Source: Moorena sp. SIO4A1
Lineage (GTDB): Bacteria > Cyanobacteriota > Cyanobacteriia > Cyanobacteriales > Coleofasciculaceae
Length of the DNA: 53,264 nt
Direction of reading: 5' to 3'
Assembly: GCF_010672065.1 (NCBI RefSeq)
Contig: NZ_JAAHHX010000045.1
Span: 1 to 53,264, forward strand
Position 1 is the stretch's first letter, and the number at the start of each line of letters is the position of its first letter. Below the pieces are notes generated by a model. That model had not been told where the DNA came from. It made no database searches and saw nothing but the letters and a program-made list of their open reading frames with translations. A program made the position numbers and the translations under genes. Below are positions 9,188-18,983 of this stretch, piece by piece.

Positions 9188-11245
9188 GTGGAAAAGGGAA
9201 CACTAATCGAATTTCGCTTACAAGGAGAACGCCATCTCGCCGTTGTCGATCGTCCAGAGGGCAAGAACCACTTGATTGCTTTGGATCAACGGGGGAAACT
9301 GCACAAGCTCCATCCTCGACAAGTCACCTACACAGTGGCGGATTCTACTTATAAGCCATCACAAATACCAGAGTTTCTTGCTCGAGTACAACCGTATCTA
9401 GACCCAGATAGCTTAGAATTAGCCTGGGAATTACTGGTGGAAGAAGGAGAGGCGGTTACCTGTGCTGACATGGCACAGTTATTATTTTCTGAGCAAAGTC
9501 CACCCCAGTGCTATGCTGCACACTGTATTCTGTTTGAAGACAAAATCTATTTTAAACACAAAGCACAAACCTATGAACCCCGCTCCGCTAGCATGGTGGC
9601 TGAAATCAAGCATCAACTGGCAGCGGCTCAATCAAAGCACCAGGAACAAGAAGAATTTTTGAAGCGAGTACAACAAAAGCTAGGGGGTGAGGAAGTAGAG
9701 TGGCTTGATAGCGATCGCACTCGCTTTGATGCTCTAGAACGGTTCGTTAGTGAACCAGATAAACCCTCTCGTGCAGTTCAGGAAACTCTGGAAGCAGTAA
9801 AACGCCATCAAAACCCAGAAAATGCCTTCAATTTGTTGGTAAATCTGGGTTTGTGGCATCCTCACCAAAAGTACTTGCTGCGTCATAAAATCCCAACTCA
9901 ATTTCGTCGTGAGGTACTCGAATTGACCCAGCAATACCTGGCAAATCCTCCTACTGACCCAGATTCAGATCGCTTGGATTTAACTCATCTGAAACTCTAC
10001 ACCATAGATGATGAAAGTACCCAAGAAATAGATGATGGGTTGAGTATAGAAGATCTAGAGGATGGCACTCAGCGTCTGTGGATTCACATCGCTGACCCAA
10101 CCCGCTTGGTAATGCCAGGGGATAACCTTGACCTAGAAGCAAGACGGCGTAGTACCACCATATATCTACCCACAGGCATGATTCCCATGTTCCCATCGGA
10201 ACTGGCAACTGGTCCAATGAGTTTGGTTCAAGGTCAAGTCTGTGGCGCACTCAGTTTTGGCGTGATATTGGATGAAGATGGTGCCATCTATGACTATCAG
10301 ATTCGCCCCAGCTTGATTAAACCCACCTATCGCCTGACTTATGAAGATGTAGATGAAATGTTGCAGTTAGGGGTACAGGCAGAAACAGAACTGTTTGCGA
10401 TCGCTAACTCGGCTGTGCGTCGGCAAAAGTGGCGCAAGTCTCAAGGGGCGATTAGTATCCATATGCCAGAGTCGGTAATCAAGGTGGGAAATGATGAGCA
10501 AATTACCATTGAGGTGTTAGAAGATTCACCATCACGGCAAATGGTGGCAGAAATGATGATTCTGGCAGGTGAAGTGGCTGGACGCTATGGTCAACTGCAT
10601 CAAATTCCCCTACCATTCCGAGGACAACCCCAGCCAGAACTTCCCTCCCAAGAAGAACTGCTGCTATTGCCAGCGGGTCCAGTGCGGTTCTGTGCCATGC
10701 GTCGGTGTATGCCTAGAAGCGAAATGAGCATTACCCCAACACGCCACGCTAGTTTGGCTTTGGAAACTTACACCCAGGTAACCTCTCCCATCCGCCGCTA
10801 CACTGACTTAATGACTCATTTCCAGCTGAAAGCTCATCTACGGGGTGACCCCCTACCCTTTGAAGCTGAACATTTGCTCGAAACGATGCAGAGTGTAACC
10901 AGAACAGCTAAGGACGCTAGTGAAGTAGAACGTGATACCAACAAATATTGGGGATTGGAATATTTACGGCGTAACCCGAATCAGGTTTGGCAAGTATTAG
11001 TACTCAGTTGGTGGCGAGAAAACGAGAATAAGGGCAACATTCTCCTAGAAGAGTTAGGTCTAGAATTGCCCATGCGTTTCCAGCGTTCGGTTCAATTAGG
11101 CGATCGCTTACACGTCAAAGTCAGTCACGCTGATCCCCGTAAAGAAGTTATTCATTTTCAAGAACTAGCGAACTCAGAGGCTCAACTTGCTTTTAACTCA
11201 AAGCTAGAAGATGGCTCAGCTTCTGCTGTCAACAGGTTCGCGTAA
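9188..11245 (+). CDS. rnr: RNB-domain 3'-5' exoribonuclease (RNase II/R family)
   Basis: 685 aa. RNB catalytic motif LYTIDDESTQEIDDGLS. Conserved cyanobacterial position after rpmG-rpsR. HIP1 sites inside. Confidence 0.85.
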   Translation: MEKGTLIEFRLQGERHLAVVDRPEGKNHLIALDQRGKLHKLHPRQVTYTVADSTYKPSQIPEFLARVQPYLDPDSLELAWELLVEEGEAVTCADMAQLLFSEQSPPQCYAAHCILFEDKIYFKHKAQTYEPRSASMVAEIKHQLAAAQSKHQEQEEFLKRVQQKLGGEEVEWLDSDRTRFDALERFVSEPDKPSRAVQETLEAVKRHQNPENAFNLLVNLGLWHPHQKYLLRHKIPTQFRREVLELTQQYLANPPTDPDSDRLDLTHLKLYTIDDESTQEIDDGLSIEDLEDGTQRLWIHIADPTRLVMPGDNLDLEARRRSTTIYLPTGMIPMFPSELATGPMSLVQGQVCGALSFGVILDEDGAIYDYQIRPSLIKPTYRLTYEDVDEMLQLGVQAETELFAIANSAVRRQKWRKSQGAISIHMPESVIKVGNDEQITIEVLEDSPSRQMVAEMMILAGEVAGRYGQLHQIPLPFRGQPQPELPSQEELLLLPAGPVRFCAMRRCMPRSEMSITPTRHASLALETYTQVTSPIRRYTDLMTHFQLKAHLRGDPLPFEAEHLLETMQSVTRTAKDASEVERDTNKYWGLEYLRRNPNQVWQVLVLSWWRENENKGNILLEELGLELPMRFQRSVQLGDRLHVKVSHADPRKEVIHFQELANSEAQLAFNSKLEDGSASAVNRFA

Positions 11246-11440
11246 ATCCCTTTTCTTGTATAAGGCTCGGATGTAAGCAGTTAATGATGTGACCGAAAAG
11301 TCTGAGGGCGCAAGCCCCTGAATTCTATTCATGGGGTTAGCCCGAAAGGAATTTATTCCCTAACAGATAGCTGTAACTTTTCCTTTAAAATACCGACTAT
11401 AATAGTAAGCAAACTAAGCCAATCAAGGAGGTGATACTGG

Positions 11441-12643
11441 GTGTTGGTAATGGAATTTAAAGCGGTTTTAAAAGAGCCTCAAAAATTAGCAATAGACGAA
11501 GCAATTAGGACAGCAAGATTTGTCCGAAATAAAGTACTTCGGTACTGGATGGACAACCGTGGAGTGGGCAAGAAAGAACTGTACCGTTACAACACCCAAA
11601 TACGCGAAGAATTCAAGTTCGTAAAAGACCTTAATAGTCATGCATGCCAGGCGTCCGTTGAGAATGTAGAACGGGCTATCAAGCGGTTTTATGACAACTG
11701 CAAAAATAAGGTTCCTGGCAAAAAGGGATACCCCCGTTTTAAAAAACATTCTAGATCGGTCGAATACAAGCAGTCTGGATGGAAGTTATGGCCAGATAAA
11801 AAGTCGATAAAATTCACCGACAATAAAGGGATTGGCCAGGTTAAACTCAAAGGTACCTGGGACTTATGGCGTTTCGACCAAAAACTTATCAAGCGGGTCA
11901 GAATAGTCCAAAGGGCGGATGGTTATTACGTTCAATTCTGTGTCAAATTAGACAATCACGAACAACTAGAAGCTACCGGCTTTACTGTTGGTTTGGACGT
12001 AGGACTGAAAGAGTTTTATACGGACTCAGACGGGTATTCAGAACCCAATCCAAGGTTCTATCGAAAAAGCGAAAGACGTCTGAAATTTTATCAGCGTCGG
12101 GTTTCCCGGAAAAAGAAAGGCTCTGCTAACCGTAAGAAAGCAATTAATGATCTAGGCAGGACACACCTCAAAATAAGTAGGCAACGTGAAGAACATGCGA
12201 AGAGACTCGCGCGTTGCGTAATCCAGTCTAACGATCTGGTCGCTTACGAAGATTTGAGAATTAAAAACCTGGTAAAGAATCATTGTCTTGCCAAGTCTAT
12301 TAACGATGCTGGTTGGTATCAGTTTAGAAAATGGTTGGAGTATTTTGGCCAAAAGTTTGGCCGAATAACTGTTGCAGTTAATCCGGCTTATACAAGCCAA
12401 AATTGCTCCAGTTGTGGTGAGATGGTCAAAAAGTCATTATCGACTCGAACTCACGTTTGCCAATGTGGCTGTCAATTAGATCGAGACCACAATGCCGCCA
12501 AAAATATCCTAACTAGAGCACTGAGTACGGTGGGGCACACCGGAACTTTAATCAACGCTTGGGGAGAGGGTGCCTCTACTCTTCTTGGCTCCGGCCTGGA
12601 AAAGCAAGTAACCTCGTTGAACCAAGAATCCCCCAGCTTCTAG
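11441..12643 (+). CDS. tnpB: TnpB, IS200/IS605-family RNA-guided endonuclease (OMEGA)
   Basis: 400 aa. RuvC-I GLDVGLKE, RuvC-II VAYEDL, zinc finger CSSCG..CQCGC, RuvC-III LDRDHNAAKNIL. All catalytic residues present. No tnpA in the window. Confidence 0.9.
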   Translation: MLVMEFKAVLKEPQKLAIDEAIRTARFVRNKVLRYWMDNRGVGKKELYRYNTQIREEFKFVKDLNSHACQASVENVERAIKRFYDNCKNKVPGKKGYPRFKKHSRSVEYKQSGWKLWPDKKSIKFTDNKGIGQVKLKGTWDLWRFDQKLIKRVRIVQRADGYYVQFCVKLDNHEQLEATGFTVGLDVGLKEFYTDSDGYSEPNPRFYRKSERRLKFYQRRVSRKKKGSANRKKAINDLGRTHLKISRQREEHAKRLARCVIQSNDLVAYEDLRIKNLVKNHCLAKSINDAGWYQFRKWLEYFGQKFGRITVAVNPAYTSQNCSSCGEMVKKSLSTRTHVCQCGCQLDRDHNAAKNILTRALSTVGHTGTLINAWGEGASTLLGSGLEKQVTSLNQESPSF

Positions 12644-12730
12644 CTGTGGGGAGTGTCAAGAAACATCATATAGTGTGATTTAACAGTGTAATTTAATAGT
12701 GTTATGTAAGTATGTCAACCTACTTACCAG
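12500..12730 (+). ncRNA. candidate TnpB right-end omega/reRNA overlapping the tnpB 3' end and downstream spacer (approximate)
   Basis: Canonical position for the TnpB guide RNA. Imperfect hairpin CCCCCAGC-ttcta-GCTGTGGGG spans the stop codon (12630-12651). Three degenerate direct repeats AGTGT(G/A/T)AT(T/G)TAA lie at 12681-12720. Confidence 0.3.
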
Positions 12731-12772
12731 TTGGAAATTCACTTCTACTGTAAAACTAGAAAGCTTGCTTTG

Positions 12773-14347
12773 ATGTCTCGACATAAGTACAAGAGATTAA
12801 AACACCAAATCACCTCGGTACCGAGCCGTTGGTACTTCTGCCTATCTTTTGCTATTACCATCCTGCTGGGATGGGTTGGTGTAGCAGCAGCACAAGATAG
12901 TAACACGAATAATTTCACTAACCTGTCTACTATCTGGTTGTTAGTTTCATCTTTTCTAGTCTTTTTTATGAATGCTGGCTTTGCCATGTTAGAAGCCGGG
13001 TTATGTAGACGAAGAAATGCGACTAATGTCTTGGCTAAAAATTTGATAGTTTTCTGTATATCAGCCTTAGCATTTTGGCTAATTGGCTTTGGCTTAATGT
13101 TTGGTGATGGCATTACTTACAGTTGTGTTCCAGGAGAAAATACTAGTTTAAGTTTAGTGGGTCAAAAGGGCTTGTTTTTTAATCTTCCCTTTCCCCAATT
13201 TGGAAATCTGGGCTTTCCAGAATCAGGATTTAATTGTCTCAATCAAGATTGGTCTAATCACTCCTTTGCGTCTCTATTTTTATTTCAGTTAGTCTTTGCT
13301 GGAACTGCAGCGACTATTGTTTCAGGAGCTGTTGCTGAACGGGTAAAATTCTGGGCATTTCTCCTATTTAGTTTTTTCCTGGTTGGTTTTATCTATCCCG
13401 TAACCGGTCACTGGGTTTGGGGACACTATGGTTGGCTAGCCAAGGCGCTAAAATTTCATGATTTTGCGGGTTCAACTGTAGTCCATAGTGTTGGTGGTAT
13501 GGCTGCCTTGGTAGGTGCTTGGCTACTAAAGCCACGACAAGGTCGTTTTGGCTACAATTTAAGAACAGATAGATATGAAGGTCTCGAAACTGAAAAGTTC
13601 TCTGCCGATAATCTGGGTTTAGCCACCTTAGGCTGTTTAATTCTTTGGCTGGGCTGGTTTGGTTTTAATGGTGGCTCAGCAAAGGATCTCGATTATGTAG
13701 CCAATACCATCACAACTACCATGATGGCAGCAGCAGCTGGTGGAATATCCAGCGTATTTTTTAGTCCAATTATCCTAGGAAAACCCAGTCTAGCCTCAAT
13801 TATCAATGGCATTTTAGGTGGGTTGGTGGGAATTACAGCTTCAGCTGCTTTTGTAGATATCAGAAGTGCATTTATAATTGGCTCTATCAGCGGTATTTTT
13901 GTCCTTTTAGGCGAATATTTTATACAAGTTTGGAAAATTGACGACCCCGTAGGTTCGATTCCTGTTCACCTTTTCTGTGGATTTTGGGGAACGATTGCCT
14001 TAGGAATCTTTAGTAGCAATAGTTCTCTGTTGTACTCAGAACTTGATGTATATGACAATCCATTACTACAAGTGTTGTGTCAGTTCTTAGGCTGGCTGAT
14101 TATTATCATTGTAACAGCTCTATTGAGTTTAGTAGGTTGGCTATTAGTTAGCCTAATTTTATATTATGCAAGCCAGATCAATGAGCGGATTAGCGGCAAA
14201 CAACGCCATAGGAAACAATTACGTCAAACCCAATATTTTCAATTGGGAGAATTTATATTAACTATTTTTGAAATTGCTCGTCGAGGAATTAGGGTATCTT
14301 TGGAAGAAGAAATAAGTGGTAGCGATGGAGTTTTTTATAATCCTTAA
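12773..14347 (+). CDS. amt: ammonium transporter, Amt/MEP family
   Basis: Signal peptide WYFCLSFAITILLGWVGVAAAQ. Amt signatures ..MLEAGLCRRRN.., FAGTAATIVSGAVAERVKFWAFLLFSFF.. Start placed at ATG 12773; the track start at 12731 is TTG. Confidence 0.85.
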   Translation: MSRHKYKRLKHQITSVPSRWYFCLSFAITILLGWVGVAAAQDSNTNNFTNLSTIWLLVSSFLVFFMNAGFAMLEAGLCRRRNATNVLAKNLIVFCISALAFWLIGFGLMFGDGITYSCVPGENTSLSLVGQKGLFFNLPFPQFGNLGFPESGFNCLNQDWSNHSFASLFLFQLVFAGTAATIVSGAVAERVKFWAFLLFSFFLVGFIYPVTGHWVWGHYGWLAKALKFHDFAGSTVVHSVGGMAALVGAWLLKPRQGRFGYNLRTDRYEGLETEKFSADNLGLATLGCLILWLGWFGFNGGSAKDLDYVANTITTTMMAAAAGGISSVFFSPIILGKPSLASIINGILGGLVGITASAAFVDIRSAFIIGSISGIFVLLGEYFIQVWKIDDPVGSIPVHLFCGFWGTIALGIFSSNSSLLYSELDVYDNPLLQVLCQFLGWLIIIIVTALLSLVGWLLVSLILYYASQINERISGKQRHRKQLRQTQYFQLGEFILTIFEIARRGIRVSLEEEISGSDGVFYNP

Positions 14348-14477
14348 AATCTGGATTATCAGTAAATAGCTAAGTCTTAAAAAGTAGGAAATAAAAGAAA
14401 GTTGTCTTGAATAAAACCATTACATTAAATTATATATATTAATTAGTTATTTAATTACTAAAAATCCCTACATACAT

Positions 14478-14524
14478 TTCCTATTCCCTATTCCCTATTC
14501 CCTGTTCCCTGTTCCCTGTTTCCA
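14478..14524. repeat. STRR-like heptamer array (CCCTATT / CCCTGTT x6)
   Basis: Direct reading. Confidence 0.9.
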
Positions 14525-14554
14525 CGACTACTGATTTAACAATTTAACAATTGA

Positions 14555-15718
14555 TTACCCCAAATATTTAGAACCGGGACAATCATATTTTATTAGATAG
14601 TTTTTCAACCAATTAGCATAATTCTCATTATTCCTATCCCATCGACGGAAAAAACGTGGAAGAGATTTTTGTTTAAACTGGTAGTAACGCTCTGATACTT
14701 GACAAAGATTTATCGTAGCTTGCTTGAATTCACCTTGACTAGCGAGCTCTTCTATAGCATAGGAAAACTGCAATTGATCTAACATTGACTGACATAGCTT
14801 GGGAAAAGCCTTATTTTGACTCTTTATCTTTCTAAGTTGCTCTATTTGTTCTTTTCTGGTAATAAATTGGCGTCTGCATATGTCCTGAGGAACAAGGTTT
14901 TTTAGTTGATCGTCTGCTCTTCTAGCACTAGTACACTGAAATACACCAAAGGTAATGACTAGAAACAAGGCGATCAAGCCACCCCAAAAACTAATGGGTG
15001 ATGGGATTCTGCTAGTTGATGGGGTAGCCGAGGTTGTGGCTTGGTCTGGCTCTAAAGGTACTACAGTTGATTGGTTGGGCTCGTCAGTTGTCAGATCTGG
15101 GTGTTTAGGCTGGTCAGTTGTGAGATCTTGGTGTTGAGTAACTGGGGTGATTGGTAGGTTAGGAAAAGCCATGGCGATGGCTTGATCAGTAGCATCTGTC
15201 GTCAGCTCAGATGCCAACCAATAGTCTGTACTGGTCAACTGTGCTAACTCTTGAGCTACCCAGCTGTGATTAAAAACAGCCTCATAAATACGGTTAGAAA
15301 CTTTTAAATTTCCCCCCTGGTTAATCACCACACCGGAGTTGAGCAACACTTTTTGTTCCCAACTGTCATTTGCCATCATGGCTCCCTGCAAAATTTTCTG
15401 ATACAGCCGCAGGAATTGTTCTTCGAGCAAGAAACTACGAATATCTTGCAGAAGTTCAGCGGCTTCCTGAGTTTCCCAATTTTCAACGAAGTGAGTTTTG
15501 ACGAGTTCTTCGACTTTAAGAGCTTCCTCACCAACAGGGATGGGAGATTTAAAGTCAAGGATAACTTGACAAAGCTTCTGGGTCAAAAAAGGCTGAGAGC
15601 CAGTCCATGCCAGTACCTCGTCTAAGATAACATCAGGGTTGATCAGATGTTCCGCCAATGCGGGTTTGAATGGTTCGAGGATTTTAGCCACCTCAGGTTT
15701 ATCCTGCTTAGAGGTCAT
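14555..15718 (-). CDS. hypothetical membrane-anchored protein (387 aa)
   Basis: N-terminal soluble domain containing WTGSQPFLTQKLCQV, a T/D/P-rich linker with direct repeats (HPDLTTDQP / HPDLTTDEP), one TM helix FWGGLIALFLVITFGVF, and a C-terminal domain. Confidence 0.55.
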   Translation of the reverse strand: MTSKQDKPEVAKILEPFKPALAEHLINPDVILDEVLAWTGSQPFLTQKLCQVILDFKSPIPVGEEALKVEELVKTHFVENWETQEAAELLQDIRSFLLEEQFLRLYQKILQGAMMANDSWEQKVLLNSGVVINQGGNLKVSNRIYEAVFNHSWVAQELAQLTSTDYWLASELTTDATDQAIAMAFPNLPITPVTQHQDLTTDQPKHPDLTTDEPNQSTVVPLEPDQATTSATPSTSRIPSPISFWGGLIALFLVITFGVFQCTSARRADDQLKNLVPQDICRRQFITRKEQIEQLRKIKSQNKAFPKLCQSMLDQLQFSYAIEELASQGEFKQATINLCQVSERYYQFKQKSLPRFFRRWDRNNENYANWLKNYLIKYDCPGSKYLG

Positions 15719-15849
15719 TTCATTCCTTGTGTATTCCAGACTATTTTTCCTTCAAACATATTTTGTGATAGTCTTAAATTTTGGATCAAGATTAACAAGG
15801 AATTTCTATGACCTACAAGCCAGGTTATCGGTAAGACATGGGGTTTCGA

Positions 15850-16194
15850 CTACATGTCCATTACATCCAACCCCTCTGATGGCATAACCTTTCCCCCATA
15901 GGACTTAACTACATCTTCAAACAAGGGCATATCATCCTGTGGGATTCCCACTACTACTACCATTTTGGCATATTCCTCTGCTCCTTCTTCCTTGTATTCT
16001 ATTTGCTCGAAGGGCAGGTCTGTTGTCCAATCGTCTAAATTGCTATTAATCATAGGGATGTTGGGCAACAGTTCTTCAACTGGGATAGCGCGAGGTTTAA
16101 AAGGTAGATCCACGCAAAATCGAGGCAGTGCCTGATGAGAAAAATTAACGAAATCCACGGGATTGGTAAAGACGACGGATACTTGGACTTTCAT
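15850..16194 (-). CDS. hypothetical protein (114 aa)
   Basis: ORF only, no motif recognised. Confidence 0.35.
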   Translation of the reverse strand: MKVQVSVVFTNPVDFVNFSHQALPRFCVDLPFKPRAIPVEELLPNIPMINSNLDDWTTDLPFEQIEYKEEGAEEYAKMVVVVGIPQDDMPLFEDVVKSYGGKVMPSEGLDVMDM

Positions 16195-16480
16195 AATCTA
16201 TGCTATGCTATTCAATCTATTGAGACCGATTTGAATTAATACATCATAGCAAAGATGAGCAGTAAGCTTACCCCGGGCTGTTGGCGTAGCCTGCCGCCAG
16301 GCATAGCACGGGGGCTTTCGCCCAGGCAACAGGCGCGTTGGTTTTCAGTACCCCTAGCTAACTAACGCCCTTAGACTCCCAATTAATTGAGCCTAAGGGT
16401 TAAGGGCTGAACCTCTAGGTCTGCTTACTCTACGGAAACCCGTAGCTTCTACAACCGAGTCAATTCCCGGACGACCCCAT

Positions 16481-16555
16481 TGAGAATTAAGAATTGAGAA
16501 TTGAGAATTGAGAATTGGTATTTCTGAATTCTTGATTCTTGATTCTTGATTCTTC
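16481..16555. repeat. Two adjacent heptamer arrays (GAATTGA x4; ATTCTTG x4)
   Basis: Direct reading. Confidence 0.9.
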
Positions 16556-16840
16556 AACATTGCTCCGATTTACGTATCACTCGCCGATACTAACCTACTG
16601 GCCTAGCCGTTTTCTCCAGAGCTAAGAGTGCCTTGGCCAATTTCAACCTATATCTATTATACTTTACTGGGGTTAAAACTGCTATGCCGCTTCATCCCGG
16701 AGACGAAACCTTTGTTTCTTACGTGAGACAGCCTCTGACTTGCAGTCATGCCAAATCTGGGTCTAATAGCACCGTTAACCAAACTGGTAATATGAACAGT
16801 GTATTATATCGCAATGACTCAATTTAGGAATTGATGCCTG

Positions 16841-17236
16841 GTGAATAAAGACGTATCAAGGAGTTTGGTTTACGAGTTCCAGCCTCATCAGATTATTTGC
16901 TTAGAGCATGACAATACTCGTTTATACGCTGAAGTTATCGAATTTGTGTCATCGCGACAAATGTGTTGGGTGCGTTCTATGATATTGGTCACCTTGCATA
17001 GTCAAGAGCCTGTGCCAGTGGAACCCCCTGAACAGCTTACTCTTTACGACCTACGCTCTGGACCGGATTTACTTTGGCCAGCGAGTTTATTACGACTAGC
17101 CTTAGACACTGAAGTAATTCCCCTCTTGGTTCGGTTAGATGACCCTGATGTCAATGTAGAAAGTGACCCTGATGCTCGCCAGCAACTAAGTTATTTTATC
17201 TGTGCAGTTTGGCAAGCTTATCCAGACAAGTTTTAA
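16841..17236 (+). CDS. hypothetical protein (131 aa)
   Basis: Clean ORF, no motif recognised. Confidence 0.4.
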   Translation: MNKDVSRSLVYEFQPHQIICLEHDNTRLYAEVIEFVSSRQMCWVRSMILVTLHSQEPVPVEPPEQLTLYDLRSGPDLLWPASLLRLALDTEVIPLLVRLDDPDVNVESDPDARQQLSYFICAVWQAYPDKF

Positions 17237-17476
17237 GTTTTGTTAATGGTTAATCGGTCATAGGACTTTGCCAACTCCATGGTGATCTGATCACGACTCA
17301 AGCAGTAGCAAGTCAGACCCCTTAGGAGAGTAAACTAAAGTTGTAGGGGTTTTGCCACATGTAGCTGTCAGAGCTTGCCCCAACCCTGAAAGTCATGGCT
17401 AAAAGTCATGGCTAAAAGTCATGGAGTAGTTACCAAGCCTCCGAGCTGGTCTAGCCTTAGTTTATAACCACTTTTT

Positions 17477-17671
17477 CTAGTGACTCGGAACTAGCTGTAC
17501 ACGACCAGCATCCATCTCAGACATTAATAATTCCAGTGCTTCGTAATCCACATCAGAGATGTAACCCGTTTGAGTTAGTTCGTAGTTAATTGCATTCTCT
17601 ATATCAGGAGTCAACTGCCTAATATAGAGGGCTTTTTCTACTAGTTGACGAATAACAAAGGTAGTTTTCAC
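17477..17671 (-). CDS. hypothetical small protein (64 aa)
   Basis: ORF only. Confidence 0.25.
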   Translation of the reverse strand: MKTTFVIRQLVEKALYIRQLTPDIENAINYELTQTGYISDVDYEALELLMSEMDAGRVQLVPSH

Positions 17672-17885
17672 AATTACTTACCCAAAATTCCATATAAATT
17701 TATTGTCTTCTGAAGTTACTAGCCACTATAGTGATCTTTATCTTATTGGTATGTGATCTAAATCACTGATAAGGTGGATTGGTACTCTCTTAAATACATA
17801 TTATAAGCCTTTTGGACTTAACTCATAAAGCTTAACCTGAACGTAAGAAGCTATGCCGTTTCAAGGGTTAGAGGTATTGAAGTTT

Positions 17886-17968
17886 AGGTGCGACCCGTTC
17901 CCGTAGCGTCGGCTTTGCCCAAAGGTGCGACCCAAGGGCGATTTACTCGCCCTTGGAGGCGCGCACCT
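17886..17968 (+). repeat. Compound GC-rich palindromic element: REP-like core flanked by two AGGTGCGACCC boxes plus a 9/10-bp perfect hairpin CCAAGGGCG-ATTTACT-CGCCCTTGG
   Basis: Direct reading. A degenerate relative is at 3611-3651, and a related 96-bp imperfect palindrome at 21947-22042. Confidence 0.6.
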
Positions 17969-18387
17969 AAGGCAGTTATAAGGACATACTGCTTAGTACT
18001 ACTTGCCTCTACACCCTAGTTAACGTTATACTTATCTAAAGCTAAACATTTGGCTCAAGCCTATAAAAAAAGTCTTATATTTCTATGTCAGGGCAGCTCT
18101 ATTTAGTGAATGTAACAAAAATTATTAAAATTTAATCCCTACTTATAGGCATGAACTGAGCGATGCTCTTAGCGACTTAGACCATCGGAAATGAAAAATA
18201 AATAAATTACTTAACTTGAAAAAAGTAATATATGATACATTTTGTTGATGGTAAGTTTTATGAAGATTTCAAAAACCATTAGCCATCTGTAAAGATTCGG
18301 CAAAGTATCTCAGAAGTGGTATGGAATTAGCAAAATTCCATACTATCTTCAATATATTCTCTAGAAAATTTTATTGGATTTGACCAA

Positions 18388-18735
18388 GTGAGGATTCTGC
18401 TCATGACACAGGCGACCCTGAGTGCAAAATTAAGAATTATTCAACCTTCCGGTCATATTAACGCTTCTAATGCAATTGAGTTTAAAAGTCAGTTGACAGA
18501 AGCTGTGGTGGCTGCTGAGGATTCGGCTTTGTTGGTTGATATGCATAAGTTAGAGTCTCTCGACAGTGCTGGCTTAATGGCCTTAATTCATGCCCTGAAG
18601 CTAGCAAGAAGTCTAGAGAGGCGCTTTGGTCTTTGCTCCGTAGCTCCTTCAATTCGCATTATGCTGGAGCTAACTAAATTAGATGGGGTGTTTGAGATTT
18701 TTGAGAGCCATGAGGCTTTTGCTACAGCCCTCTAG
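18388..18735 (+). CDS. STAS-domain anti-sigma factor antagonist (SpoIIAA-like)
   Basis: 115 aa, ..LESLDSAGLMALIHALKLARS.. typical STAS with a phosphorylatable Ser region. Confidence 0.8.
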   Translation: MRILLMTQATLSAKLRIIQPSGHINASNAIEFKSQLTEAVVAAEDSALLVDMHKLESLDSAGLMALIHALKLARSLERRFGLCSVAPSIRIMLELTKLDGVFEIFESHEAFATAL

Positions 18736-18983
18736 GGGGTTGGAGTAGGTTGGGAAGCTAACTCAATGGCTCTGAGTGCAGCAAAATAATAGGAAATCTA
18801 AGGAAGATTAAGTGCTTACAGCGATGATGATGGGAGGAGATAGGGAAATACCAGTCAAGAAGTATGGTGGTTCTTATCTCCCTCACTTCATCCACCTTCA
18901 CCCAACCCTATCTCTACCCTGAGTACTGATAAAATGAATGGTGGATCAGGGCTAACTGCATTGAAAGCAGTAATAAAGTTTCT

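Noticed and set aside
9151-9354. 67-aa ORF overlapping the rnr start; also 8125-8355 overlapping rpmG
   Set aside because: They overlap strongly supported genes in another frame or strand, with no independent signal.
11486-12400. Minus-strand ORFs 11486-11749, 11689-11892, 12152-12400 and plus 11866-12129
   Set aside because: All lie inside tnpB in other frames or strands.
13945-13965. tRNA T-loop-like GGTTCGATTCC
   Set aside because: Lies inside the amt coding sequence and has no complementary T-stem or acceptor stem. No tRNA genes are detectable in the window.
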